Shown: positions 1-8,878, numbered from the stretch's first letter. The stretch is 12,754 nt of DNA from Candidatus Thorarchaeota archaeon (GCA_046758445.1 JBHIAE010000072.1:1-12754), one strand, 5' to 3'. Made by a program: numbers and translations. Notes: generated by a model from the letters alone, not told the origin.

Positions 1-54
1 CGTGTAATACTCGGATACAAGGAGAGGGAGGGGTGGGACTGCCATTGATCAACC

Positions 55-975
55 ATGACCCTGTCGTACGACCAGGCCTATGATATGGCAGTCATCCACC
101 ACTATGACTTTGTGCCCGCCCTCCTTATGAGGATTTGTAACATCCTCCCTCTTCCAGAGAGCCGCACTGGCCGTCCTCCGACCTACCCTCTCTCCTCACT
201 CACTGTCCTACTTGCTCTCCTTGCCCACTCTGGAATGACATATCGAGGCTTCTGCGCCCTCATCGATCGTGACACCGACCTCCTCTCTCAACTAGGCATC
301 TCTCGAGCTCCTCACTACTCCACTCTCAATCGTGCCATGGACAGAGTACCTCCAGATGTTCTCCAACGCGTGGTCAGACTCATCGCATCCACTCAACCTC
401 CTCCTCGAAGAGTGGCAGTGGACTCCACAGGGATGGGTCACTCAACTGGAGGTGAGTGGTTCTCTGTGAGCTGCCAGGAGGCCCGTAGAAGGCGTTTCCA
501 CGGCCTCCACGCGGCTGTGGACATTGACACACTGATGGTGACATCAGTCATGGTCAGAGATCGACCTGGTGGTGATGCAAAGATGTTGATTCCACTGCTT
601 GAGGCGATGTGGACTGATGCACTGCAGCTGGTCTTTGGTGACAAGGCATACCTATCTCGGGTCAATGTCACATACATTCACAGTCTGGGTGCAAGAACTG
701 TGATTGAACCGAAGAGGGGGCTGACTGGGAAGGCTCGAGGACACATCGAGTACGCAAGGCTGGTGAAGGAGTATCTGAGAGACCCCGATGGCTGGAGGAA
801 GAAGTACGAGTACGGAAAGAGGAGTCTGGTGGAGAGTGTGTTTGGAGCTGTGAAGGTGAAGTTCGGAGGGACCTTGAGGTCAAGGTGTGACAACAGAAGG
901 ACGGTGGAGACCCTGCTCAAGGTGGTGATATACAATGCAGAGCGAGCAAACTACCTCTCATGGTTCAACCCATGA
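55..975 (+). CDS. IS5-family DDE transposase (DDE_Tnp_1-like), 306 aa
   Basis: N-terminal GRPPTY and APHYSTL motifs; catalytic segments VAVDSTG, LHAAVD, FGDKAY and Y..RSLVESVFGAVK (YREK-like). Confidence 0.92.
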   Translation: MTLSYDQAYDMAVIHHYDFVPALLMRICNILPLPESRTGRPPTYPLSSLTVLLALLAHSGMTYRGFCALIDRDTDLLSQLGISRAPHYSTLNRAMDRVPPDVLQRVVRLIASTQPPPRRVAVDSTGMGHSTGGEWFSVSCQEARRRRFHGLHAAVDIDTLMVTSVMVRDRPGGDAKMLIPLLEAMWTDALQLVFGDKAYLSRVNVTYIHSLGARTVIEPKRGLTGKARGHIEYARLVKEYLRDPDGWRKKYEYGKRSLVESVFGAVKVKFGGTLRSRCDNRRTVETLLKVVIYNAERANYLSWFNP

Positions 976-991
976 GTTTTGCAACAGAGCC
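974..991 (-). repeat. Right terminal inverted repeat of the IS (GAGTTTTGCAACAGAGCC)
   Basis: Overlaps the transposase stop codon. Reverse complement begins GGCTCTGTTG. The partner IR is not in the window. Confidence 0.75.
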
Positions 992-998
992 TATAAGG

Positions 999-1014
999 GA
1001 AGAGAGTTTTTAAG
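999..1014 (+). promoter_or_regulatory. Archaeal BRE/TATA promoter (GAAGAGAG-TTTTTAAG)
   Basis: Purine-rich BRE followed by a TATA box, conserved in copy 2. The spacer after it diverges in sequence but keeps its length, and conservation resumes near the expected start site (~1035-1040). Confidence 0.6.
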
Positions 1015-1201
1015 CAGCCTCAGGACGTCTGATGTAACAGACTGACGGAGAGTAGGGAAGATCTGCTTGGCAGATTGGACAAGATGATGTCCCAAAAGAA
1101 GCTCCCATAGCAGTTGGGAGAGCCCGTATGAGCAGAATCGAAACACCGATAATCCTGTTTGACATGGTAATGTCAAAGGTTGCGGCACGAGAGCTGACAA
1201 A

Positions 1202-1375
1202 ATGAGAAAAGACAAGAAGACAGGGGACAACAAGAATAGACCAACAATTGACAAGGAAAGACTAGCAGCAAATATGCCAATCAGTGATTGGTATGATATC
1301 AAGTGGAAAGTGGCCATGCTTTCAAGGATAGTAACAGAATCAGTAAGGAAGAGCTCCAAGGGCGTGAGCTCTTGA
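1202..1375 (+). CDS. Small hypothetical protein, 57 aa (MRKDKKTG...NMPISDWYDIKWKVAMLSRIV...); paralog of 7880-8083
   Basis: Translated by hand (absent from the ORF track). The frame is preserved in the second copy with a conserved L.AN.P.S.WYDI...A..SR core. Confidence 0.6.
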   Translation: MRKDKKTGDNKNRPTIDKERLAANMPISDWYDIKWKVAMLSRIVTESVRKSSKGVSS

Positions 1376-1764
1376 GTCCTAACTCAGATGACCTGATCAC
1401 CTGCATGGACGATTTTGGAGAGGTAATAGATCTTTCTGAGCCCGAGGAGGAGCCTCTCAACCAGTTGAGCAAGATTCACCCAATTCGTGTGCCTGAGTAT
1501 TATCTCACTCTAATCAATGAGAAAGACTCGGAAGATTCGATAAGGAGAATGGCTATTCCTACTAATAGCGAGTTAATCGCAGGGGGGGTATATGATACTA
1601 GTGTAAACAATCGAGTTGCCAAAGGCGGAATCAAGAGTCGAATGGTTAACGGTGTATGTCTGGCCATAGACCAAGACACAGACGAACCCATTGATGAGAT
1701 TGTGAGACTCAAGAAACTTGTGAGAGGTATAATCTCAAGCAGTATAAGGAGTACAAGGCATTGA
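1372..1764 (+). pseudogene. Truncated KamA-family (lysine/glutamate 2,3-aminomutase-like) N-terminus with an unassigned C-terminal tail
   Basis: HPIRVPEYYLTLINEKDSEDSIRRMAIP..EL...G.YDTS matches the KamA N-terminal region. Similarity stops before the CxxxCxxC radical-SAM motif. The TTG at 1372 overlaps the upstream stop and the stop overlaps the asnB-like start. Confidence 0.72.
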
Positions 1765-3116
1765 CTGGAATAGTAGGTATTGGAGAAACCAGAAGACAAG
1801 AAGTCGTTGAACATATGTTGGATATGATTAGTCACCGGGGACCTCATGGTCGGGAGATTATCGAACCTGTTGGAGCTACTCTTGGAGTTGTTTGGTCTGA
1901 AAGTGAAACGAAGTGGATTCCACAGATGAGGTGTCAAAATGCTGTGTGGGATACTGCAGGTAGGGGTCACTTTGCTCGAGCTGATGTCAGAAATGGAAAG
2001 CTCACTCTGATGCGTGACAGGATTGGTGTTGTTCCCTTGTACTATGGAAGGACAGACAGTGGAGTGCTATGTTTTGCATCCGAGGTCAAGGCACTACTAC
2101 CATTGACAAAAGTTGTGAATGAGCTTCCACCAGCGACTTATTTTGATGGTGTATATCAAGAGCGATATGGAAGTGTAGAACGCAAATCGCCAATCAATGT
2201 AGGTGTGGAAGAGATTACAAGTGGGCTTCAACAGCGACTTGCAGAATCAGTAAAAGAACGTTTGAGAGCCAAGAAGACAGTGGGTGCTTGGTTGTCAGGT
2301 GGACTAGACTCAAGCATAATGTCAGCGGTTGCGAAACAGTATGTAGAGGAGTTGTACACTTTTGCTGCGGGCTTCCGAGATGCAGAAGATCTTGCAGCTG
2401 CTGAAGAGGTTGCAGATTTCATTGGATCTGAACATCGCGAGGTGATTGTCACAATAGATGACATTGTCGAGGTATTGCCAGATGTGATCTATCACCTTGA
2501 GTCTTTTGACTCTCTCTTGGTACGTTCAAGTTTGCTAAACTTCATTGCTTCGAGAGAATCTTCCAAAATGGTTGACAGAGTTTTCTCTGGCGAGGGTGCT
2601 GACGAACTGTTTGCAGGATATCGCTATATCAAGTCAATGACACCTGAGTTCATTGCAATGGAAATCGTGGACATGACTAGGCGTCTGCATAACACTGCTC
2701 TACAACGTGTTGATCGATGTGCTTCGGCATACGGTACAACTGCATTTGTTGGATTCCTCGATCCACAAGTTGTTCAATGCGCCCTTCGGATTCCACCCAC
2801 AATGAAAGTCTTTGAAGGTATCGAGAAATGGATCCTTCGAAGAGCAATGAAAGATCGACTTCCAGAGAGCATAGTGAATAGGACCAAATCGAAGTTCTGG
2901 CAGGGAGGAGGTATAGGAGAAAAGATAGCTGATATCGCTGAGAACACTATAACTAATGCTGAGTTTCTGAAAGAGAGAGAGCTGCCCAATGGTTGGATTC
3001 TAAATACAAAGGAAGAGTTGCTCTATTATCGAATTTTCAAAGGTCATTTCGGCACTTTGTATGGATTATCATGGATGGGGCGTACAAAAGGAATACGAAG
3101 GGCATCAATCAGTTAG
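1761..3116 (+). CDS. Asparagine synthetase B-like ATP-dependent amide/lactam synthetase with degenerate glutaminase domain, 451 aa
   Basis: HRGP, RDRIGVVPLYY, FASEVKAL, PP-loop LSGGLDSS, SGEGADELFAGY and EKWILR motifs. The N-terminus is MTGIVG rather than MCGI. Confidence 0.9.
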   Translation: MTGIVGIGETRRQEVVEHMLDMISHRGPHGREIIEPVGATLGVVWSESETKWIPQMRCQNAVWDTAGRGHFARADVRNGKLTLMRDRIGVVPLYYGRTDSGVLCFASEVKALLPLTKVVNELPPATYFDGVYQERYGSVERKSPINVGVEEITSGLQQRLAESVKERLRAKKTVGAWLSGGLDSSIMSAVAKQYVEELYTFAAGFRDAEDLAAAEEVADFIGSEHREVIVTIDDIVEVLPDVIYHLESFDSLLVRSSLLNFIASRESSKMVDRVFSGEGADELFAGYRYIKSMTPEFIAMEIVDMTRRLHNTALQRVDRCASAYGTTAFVGFLDPQVVQCALRIPPTMKVFEGIEKWILRRAMKDRLPESIVNRTKSKFWQGGGIGEKIADIAENTITNAEFLKERELPNGWILNTKEELLYYRIFKGHFGTLYGLSWMGRTKGIRRASIS

Positions 3117-3254
3117 GATGGTTGATTGTTATGACTCACTGGAAAAGTAGATACAATCTCCGCTCGTTATTGAAACTCATGAAAAATAGGTGTAGAAAGT
3201 ATGACTTCAAGAAACATGAAAAGCATCATGCAGGAAAGGGGGGGTGAACATGAA

Positions 3255-3488
3255 TTGGCAAAAACAAGTGGAGAAATAGTTGCATCACGAATAAGCAAAC
3301 AAAGGACCACGGGTGTGAGAGAAGGCTACATTGTGATACTAACTCCAACTCATGAACATGTAAGGTTCAGGGTTGACTCATCCACATCGTTTGAGAGTCT
3401 GGAGAGGGGAGAGAAAGTAACTGTCGAATATGAAACTCTCGGAGATACGGACATCCTTGTAGCTAAGAAGATTGTACAGAGCTTCTGA
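3255..3488 (+). CDS. Small hypothetical beta-rich (OB-fold-like) protein, ~77 aa
   Basis: TTG start after a GGGGTGA SD-like motif; pattern G.IV...GYIVI...VRFRV....LERGEKVTVEYE...LVAKKI is suggestive of an OB fold. Confidence 0.65.
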   Translation: MAKTSGEIVASRISKQRTTGVREGYIVILTPTHEHVRFRVDSSTSFESLERGEKVTVEYETLGDTDILVAKKIVQSF

Positions 3489-3553
3489 ACTGAAATCTCT
3501 GATAGAAACCGACTTGGAGGAATTGCATTAGAGCTAATTAGGGTTTGATTTCG

Positions 3554-5308
3554 ATGAAACGTGCTCAATTGGAGTCAGTGACTTCTGAGGTTGTTGGTAA
3601 CGCATTAATGTCAATAGCTGAGCAGATGGGTATGGTACTGGTAAGATCTGCATACTCTACCAACATAAAGGAACGAAAGGACTGTTCCAGTGCAGTATTC
3701 GGTCCAAAAGGCAGACTAGTAGCCCTTGCTGAACACATACCCCTTCATCTTAGTTCCATGCAGGGGTTAGTAGCAGAAATCGCGAGAAAATCAGGAATCT
3801 GGTGTCTGAGAGCTGGTGATGTTATCATAGCAAATGACCCCTACAAAGGTGGTGGTTCTCACCTCCCTGACATAACACTTGTTCAACCTGTGTTCTATGA
3901 ACGAAATATGGTTGCATTTGTCGCCAATATAGCTCATTGGTCTGATGTTGGAGGACGATTGCCAGGAATAGGAACGGCTGGTGATTCAACAGAACTGCTG
4001 CAGGAAGGTTTACGCATTCCTCCAACCCGGATAATATCTGAAGGTGTCATTCGCACTGACAATCTGGATTTTATCCTCATCAATATGCGAAATCGAACTG
4101 AACGCCTTGGTGATTTCCATGCACAAATCGCCTCACTACGTTTAGGTGAGAGAAAAGTAATGGATCTCTTCAAGCGTTATGGAACTGAAACAATCAATGC
4201 GTGTATCGAAGAAATCCTCGACTACAGTGAAAGGCAACTTAAGGCTGCAATTCTGAATGTGCCTGAAGGCGACTATGACTTCGAAGATGCATTGGATGAT
4301 GATGGCATCACGGACAATACTTTAGCAATTAGAGTTCTCGTTAGTATTTCCCACGAGCCTGAAGCTTCGATTTGCTTTGATTTCAGTGGTACGGAAACTC
4401 AGGCGCGCGGAGGAATTAACATGGTATGGTCCGCCCTTCTGGCCTCGGTGTTCTATGCGTTGAAAGCTATACTGGTTCCAAAAGTGCCATTGAATGCGGG
4501 CTTTCAAAGGCCTATCAAGATTAAGGCACAAGAAGGGAGTGTTGTCAATGCTCAAGAGCCAGCAGCAGTTGGTGGACGTGCGGATACTTGTCAGAGAGTT
4601 GTGGATACTATAATGGGGGCTTTTGGCAAAGTGGTTCCAGAGAAGATTGTGGCTGCCTCAAATGGTGCCACTACTGCAATAATCATTGCTGGGACAAAAT
4701 CAATGACAGGAAGAGACTTTGTCTTTGTCGAAGCTTTGGGGGGCGGTATGGGAGCCAAATTCAATAGAGATGGGATAGATGGAATACAGGTGCATATGAC
4801 AAATACTTCCAACCTGCCAATAGAGGCTGCAGAGCTTGAATATCCTATTCGAATTCTGCACTATGGTCTTGTACCAGATTCAGGAGGTCCTGGAAAGTTC
4901 CGTGGAGGATTGGCAATTCGTAAAGACATAGAGTTCCTTCGCCCCGTTCTGTTTTCAGCCCACTCTGATCGGCACCGTATTCCGCCTTGGGGGGTTCGGG
5001 GTGGACTATCTGGGAGTTGCGGCAAGTTTGTTTTAGATCCTGACAGTCCTACGGAACGGATTCTTCCTTCGAAGACATCAGGCATTAAGATTGACAGAAA
5101 CCAGATACTCAGAGTCTTCACTGCGGGTGGAGGAGGATATGGAGAACCAACTCTTCGTAATCCACAAAATGCAGCGGTTGATCGTGTGTCGGCAAAAGTA
5201 AGTGACAGACAGTTGCGTGAAATCTATGGCGTGGAGGTTTCTCCTCAAGGTGAAATAGACTGGAGAGCAACCCAAGCTCTTCGAAATAGGAAGCGTAAAG
5301 GACAGTGA
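3554..5308 (+). CDS. hyuB: Hydantoinase B / 5-oxoprolinase family subunit
   Basis: [74 protein letters not shown] and GGGGYG motifs. Confidence 0.93.
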   Translation: MKRAQLESVTSEVVGNALMSIAEQMGMVLVRSAYSTNIKERKDCSSAVFGPKGRLVALAEHIPLHLSSMQGLVAEIARKSGIWCLRAGDVIIANDPYKGGGSHLPDITLVQPVFYERNMVAFVANIAHWSDVGGRLPGIGTAGDSTELLQEGLRIPPTRIISEGVIRTDNLDFILINMRNRTERLGDFHAQIASLRLGERKVMDLFKRYGTETINACIEEILDYSERQLKAAILNVPEGDYDFEDALDDDGITDNTLAIRVLVSISHEPEASICFDFSGTETQARGGINMVWSALLASVFYALKAILVPKVPLNAGFQRPIKIKAQEGSVVNAQEPAAVGGRADTCQRVVDTIMGAFGKVVPEKIVAASNGATTAIIIAGTKSMTGRDFVFVEALGGGMGAKFNRDGIDGIQVHMTNTSNLPIEAAELEYPIRILHYGLVPDSGGPGKFRGGLAIRKDIEFLRPVLFSAHSDRHRIPPWGVRGGLSGSCGKFVLDPDSPTERILPSKTSGIKIDRNQILRVFTAGGGGYGEPTLRNPQNAAVDRVSAKVSDRQLREIYGVEVSPQGEIDWRATQALRNRKRKGQ

Positions 5309-5317
5309 GAATGAAGA

Positions 5318-7414
5318 ATGCGTGCAGCAATTGACATCGGAGGAACTTTTACCGATATTCTGCTTTTTGATGAACGCCGCAACATACTGTGGTCAGTTAA
5401 GACTCCATCAGACTACAAGTCCGAAGATAGACTCTTTCTACATGGACTACAAAGAGTATTGAAAGAGTCTGGAAATAGTCTTGGAGATATGGATGAGCTA
5501 ATCCATGCTACTACTGTAGTCACAAATGCTCTCTTACAAGGTAACACTTCAAGAGTAGGGCTTCTTGTTACAGAGGGGTTCCGAGATCTCCTTGAGATTG
5601 GGAGACAGACTAGGCCACACCTATATGATTTGGCAGCAGAACGTACACCTCCGATAGTATCTAGAGAATTGGTAATGGAAGTTCGTGAGCGAGTGGGATC
5701 TAATGGAGAGATTGTGACACCTATGGATGAATACGATGGAATCGAAAAGCTCCAGAGTTTAAGTGAGAAGGAAATCGATGTGCTTGCTATCAATCTTCTA
5801 TTCTCTTTCAGTAATGACAGTCATGAAATAAGGCTAGCCGAGTTGGCCAAAGAAATCATGCCAGAAAAGCTCGTCTTCCTTTCAAGCAAGGTGTTGCCAG
5901 AATTCCGTGAGTTTGAGCGCGCTAGTACTACTGTTGTTGCCGCAGCAGTGGCACCAAATGTTGTTGAGTATCTCAGGAGAATAAAGCAGGGTGTCAATTC
6001 TCATGGCAGGTCCACTGATATGGTGGCAATCATGCACTCAGGAGGGGGGACATTGTCATACCAAGAAGCAAAGATACGTCCTCATACGCTCATTGAATCA
6101 GGTCCTGCTGCAGGTGTTCTTGCTTCAGTACATATGGCACGGTCAATGGCTTTACAAAGAGTGATTTCATTCGACATGGGAGGAACTACGGCAAAGGCGA
6201 GTCTTGTCTTGGATGGCAAACCACAGTACACTAACGAGTATGAAGTTGGCAGCGGATTACATCACGGCGCTGCTTTGATAGGAAGAGGTTATCCAATTAG
6301 GGGTCAGATGATTGATATTTACGAGTGTGGGGCTGGGGCGGGATGCATAGCATGGGTCGACTCAGGAGGTCATCTCAAAGTCGGTCCACAAAGTGCGGGT
6401 GCAGACCCTGGTCCTGCATGCTATGGAAAAGGTGGACAAGATCCAACAGTTACAGACGCTCATGTAGTCTTAGGTCATCTGGATCCTAAGTGGTTCCTAG
6501 GTGGTCAGATGAAGATTGAAGCGAAACTTGCTGAAAAAACAATAGAGAATTGTATTGCAAATCCTCTGGGATTAACAGTAGAAAAGAGTGCGCAGGGGAT
6601 TCTATCAATAGTAAATGCAAAAATGCTGAATATTCTTAGACTCGTGTCTGTGGCTCGAGGTTATGATCCAAGAGATTTCACGTTACTCGTATTCGGTGGC
6701 GCAGGTCCTCTTCACGGTATAGACTTGGCTGAAGCGGCATCCATCTACTGTGTGGTAGTCCCGCCCTTACCAGCCTACTTTTCCGCAATGGGCTTGTTAT
6801 ATGCAGATATGGCAATTGACTATGTGGAAAATGTCATGCTAATGTTGGAATCTCAGAACCTACAACAAATCAACCTGGCTCTGGAACACATGTTGGAAAG
6901 ATCTGAAACTTGGTTTAGACAACGAAATATACCATCGGAACTTCGGTCATTGGTTCTATCAGCAGATTTGCGATATTATCATCAAAACTATGAACTAAAT
7001 GTATTCCTTGACAGTTCCCGTATATGGGAGAAAGATATACCTAGAATTCGAAAGAAGTTCAACAAGATTCATGAAGCTAAATATGGTCACATGAGCTCTG
7101 AAGAACCTATTCAGGTTGTGAATCTAAGACTACGGGCATCGAAATGTTGTCCTAGGCCAGTTCCACCAACTATCAAGGAAGATTATGGAACACCAAAGCC
7201 CGTACCATATGAAACAAAGACCATACTGCAATTGGGAAAGCTCGTAGACTACCCAGTTTATCGGCGAAAGGATTTGCCAATTGGATTCTCCGTTGATGGG
7301 CCTGCAATAGTCCAAGAAGACGAAGCTACTACCCTGATTAGAGAAGAATGGCAGGCTCGAGTTGGAAAGATTGGAAACTTGATCATTACTAAGGCGGTTC
7401 GGTGTTCAGGGTGA
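5318..7414 (+). CDS. hyuA: Hydantoinase A / 5-oxoprolinase family ATP-binding subunit, 698 aa
   Basis: IDIGGTFTD, EFREFERASTT, ESGPAAG, FDMGGTT, VGPQSAGADPGPACYG, PTVTDA and FGGAGPLH motifs. Confidence 0.93.
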   Translation: MRAAIDIGGTFTDILLFDERRNILWSVKTPSDYKSEDRLFLHGLQRVLKESGNSLGDMDELIHATTVVTNALLQGNTSRVGLLVTEGFRDLLEIGRQTRPHLYDLAAERTPPIVSRELVMEVRERVGSNGEIVTPMDEYDGIEKLQSLSEKEIDVLAINLLFSFSNDSHEIRLAELAKEIMPEKLVFLSSKVLPEFREFERASTTVVAAAVAPNVVEYLRRIKQGVNSHGRSTDMVAIMHSGGGTLSYQEAKIRPHTLIESGPAAGVLASVHMARSMALQRVISFDMGGTTAKASLVLDGKPQYTNEYEVGSGLHHGAALIGRGYPIRGQMIDIYECGAGAGCIAWVDSGGHLKVGPQSAGADPGPACYGKGGQDPTVTDAHVVLGHLDPKWFLGGQMKIEAKLAEKTIENCIANPLGLTVEKSAQGILSIVNAKMLNILRLVSVARGYDPRDFTLLVFGGAGPLHGIDLAEAASIYCVVVPPLPAYFSAMGLLYADMAIDYVENVMLMLESQNLQQINLALEHMLERSETWFRQRNIPSELRSLVLSADLRYYHQNYELNVFLDSSRIWEKDIPRIRKKFNKIHEAKYGHMSSEEPIQVVNLRLRASKCCPRPVPPTIKEDYGTPKPVPYETKTILQLGKLVDYPVYRRKDLPIGFSVDGPAIVQEDEATTLIREEWQARVGKIGNLIITKAVRCSG

Positions 7415-7671
7415 TTTCTCATTGATAGGACACATTAGATAATCGCCAAATGAACGAGAAGGTGAGATAAGGTACCTGAGATGAACGGGAGAGTTGTCGG
7501 ATTATATATACGAAGATATCCCGCAATTCGTTCTTCAGAATTCATATGAATCACGTCGGTTGCTCAAGATGCGTTCTTATGAAACTGACAAACCAACATA
7601 CACATATCCATTCTTATTGCTTAAAAAGGGGAAAACGGATTTATGAGCTCTAATTGAAGCCCTATGAGCCT

Positions 7672-8051
7672 TATAAGGGCGGAGAGCTTTTAAGCGGTTC
7701 CACGATACCGTATGTAATAGACTGACAGAGTAGGGAAGATCTGCTTGGTAGATTGGTCAGAATGATGTCCTAAAATAGCCTCCCACACCAGTTGGGAGAG
7801 TCCGTATGAGCAGAATCGACAACACCGAAGTCCTACTTGACCAGGTAATGTCGAAGGTTGTCACATAAGAGGCGATAGAATGAGAGAAGACAAGAAGACA
7901 GAGGATATTGAAGACAAATCGACAAATGACAAAAAGAAACTAGTGGCAAATATCCCACTCAGTGAATGGTATGATATCGAGCGGAGAATGGCGATTGTTT
8001 CAAGGATGTCAACAGAACCGGCCAAGAACCCACCTAAGAACGTAAGCTCTT
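7672..8051 (+). repeat. Diverged direct repeat, copy 2
   Basis: Colinear with 992-1375, with only a few small indels. Confidence 0.93.
7680..7694 (+). promoter_or_regulatory. Archaeal BRE/TATA promoter (GGAGAG-CTTTTAAG)
   Basis: Positional homolog of 999-1014. Confidence 0.55.
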
Positions 8052-8083
8052 CAATAGACACAGCAGGAGATTCCGGTGTATAA
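7880..8083 (+). CDS. Small hypothetical protein, 67 aa; paralog of 1202-1375
   Basis: ORF conserved between the repeat copies. TCA here replaces the copy-1 TGA and extends the protein by 10 aa. Confidence 0.6.
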   Translation: MREDKKTEDIEDKSTNDKKKLVANIPLSEWYDIERRMAIVSRMSTEPAKNPPKNVSSSIDTAGDSGV

Positions 8084-8290
8084 TGTCACAAACCACTGGG
8101 GATTTTGAAACTCTTAGGAAATTGCGAGAGGTTCCTCTTCAAGTATCATCAAACGATGCTTTGCAGTGACGAAAGCAGGATACTCACAAGACCTTTGGAT
8201 AAAGAAAGGACTTGGTTGGATGATCTGTGATAGTAGGATTCTGCTTTCAGTCGTCTTGGGATTCACAGTAAAGGCGGTATAAAGATAACT

Positions 8291-8830
8291 ATGGGGAAAC
8301 GTCCAGGCCACTGCTATAGAGAGTGTGACCGTCCTCCATACACACGGAAACGCTTCATACATCGCAGACCTACTAGCAAGATCACGAGCTTTGACATGGG
8401 GAATCCAGCTGGTGACTTCAAAGTGAAGATGTCACTGCTGGGTCTAGAGAGATGTCAGATCAGGCATCAAGCCCTTGACGCGGCACGTATTGCCTCTAAC
8501 CGATACATGACAAGAAACGTTGGTAGACAGAACTATCACCTAAGAATAAGAGTCAAGCCCTACCATCACCTTCGTGAGAATAAGATGATCACCGGTGCAG
8601 GTGCAGACCGTGTACAGGATGGGATGCGTCTGGCGTTTGGAAAGGTCATCGGACTTGCAGCGCGTGTTGAACCTAGGCAGCCACTGATAACAATAAGGTG
8701 TAATAATCAACATATCAAACACGCCAGAAAGGCCCTGAAGAGGGCAGCGCCTAAGCTGCCAACTCCATATAGGATTGTATTTGATAAGATAGACCCTGAA
8801 CTGAAACGCAGTATGGGCTATGGAAACTAG
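8291..8830 (+). CDS. rpl10e: 50S ribosomal protein uL16 (archaeal L10e), 179 aa
   Basis: RP..CYR...PPYTR, QIRHQALDAARI, LRENKMITGAGADRVQDGMRLAFGK and ALKRAAPKLP motifs. Confidence 0.97.
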   Translation: MGKRPGHCYRECDRPPYTRKRFIHRRPTSKITSFDMGNPAGDFKVKMSLLGLERCQIRHQALDAARIASNRYMTRNVGRQNYHLRIRVKPYHHLRENKMITGAGADRVQDGMRLAFGKVIGLAARVEPRQPLITIRCNNQHIKHARKALKRAAPKLPTPYRIVFDKIDPELKRSMGYGN

Positions 8831-8878
8831 AATCAAGTTTCCATATGATAACGAGTCACTGGCTCCACAAGTCTGTCA

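Larger units (their letters stand above)
1..991 (+). mobile_element. IS5-family insertion sequence (left end lies outside the window)
   Basis: Single DDE transposase ORF ending inside an 18-bp terminal sequence whose reverse complement is GGCTCTGTTGCAAAACTC, a typical IS5/IS903-like end. GC content is higher than in the flanking DNA. Confidence 0.88.
992..1375 (+). repeat. Diverged direct repeat, copy 1 (promoter + leader + small ORF)
   Basis: Aligns by eye with 7672-8051; shared blocks include AGAGTAGGGAAGATCTGCTTGG, CAGTTGGGAGAG, CCGTATGAGCAGAATCGA and TGGTATGATATC. Confidence 0.93.

Noticed and set aside
1040-1200. ZTP, FMN or cobalamin riboswitch, SECIS, C/D-box RNA or a second multi-intron tRNA in the repeat leader
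   Set aside because: Only isolated short motifs match (GACTGACGGA, AGGGAA, ATGATG). The required partner motifs, T-arm and acceptor stem are absent, and GACTGACGGA is not kept in copy 2.
1303-1371. N-terminal part of the listed 153-aa ORF
   Set aside because: It overlaps the conserved small ORF in another frame. TTG 1372 (or ATG 1405) fits the KamA homology better.
1202-1375. Group II intron RT N-terminal remnant (WYDIKWK resembles W..I.WK)
   Set aside because: The second Trp is not conserved in copy 2, and there are no RT motifs or domain V.
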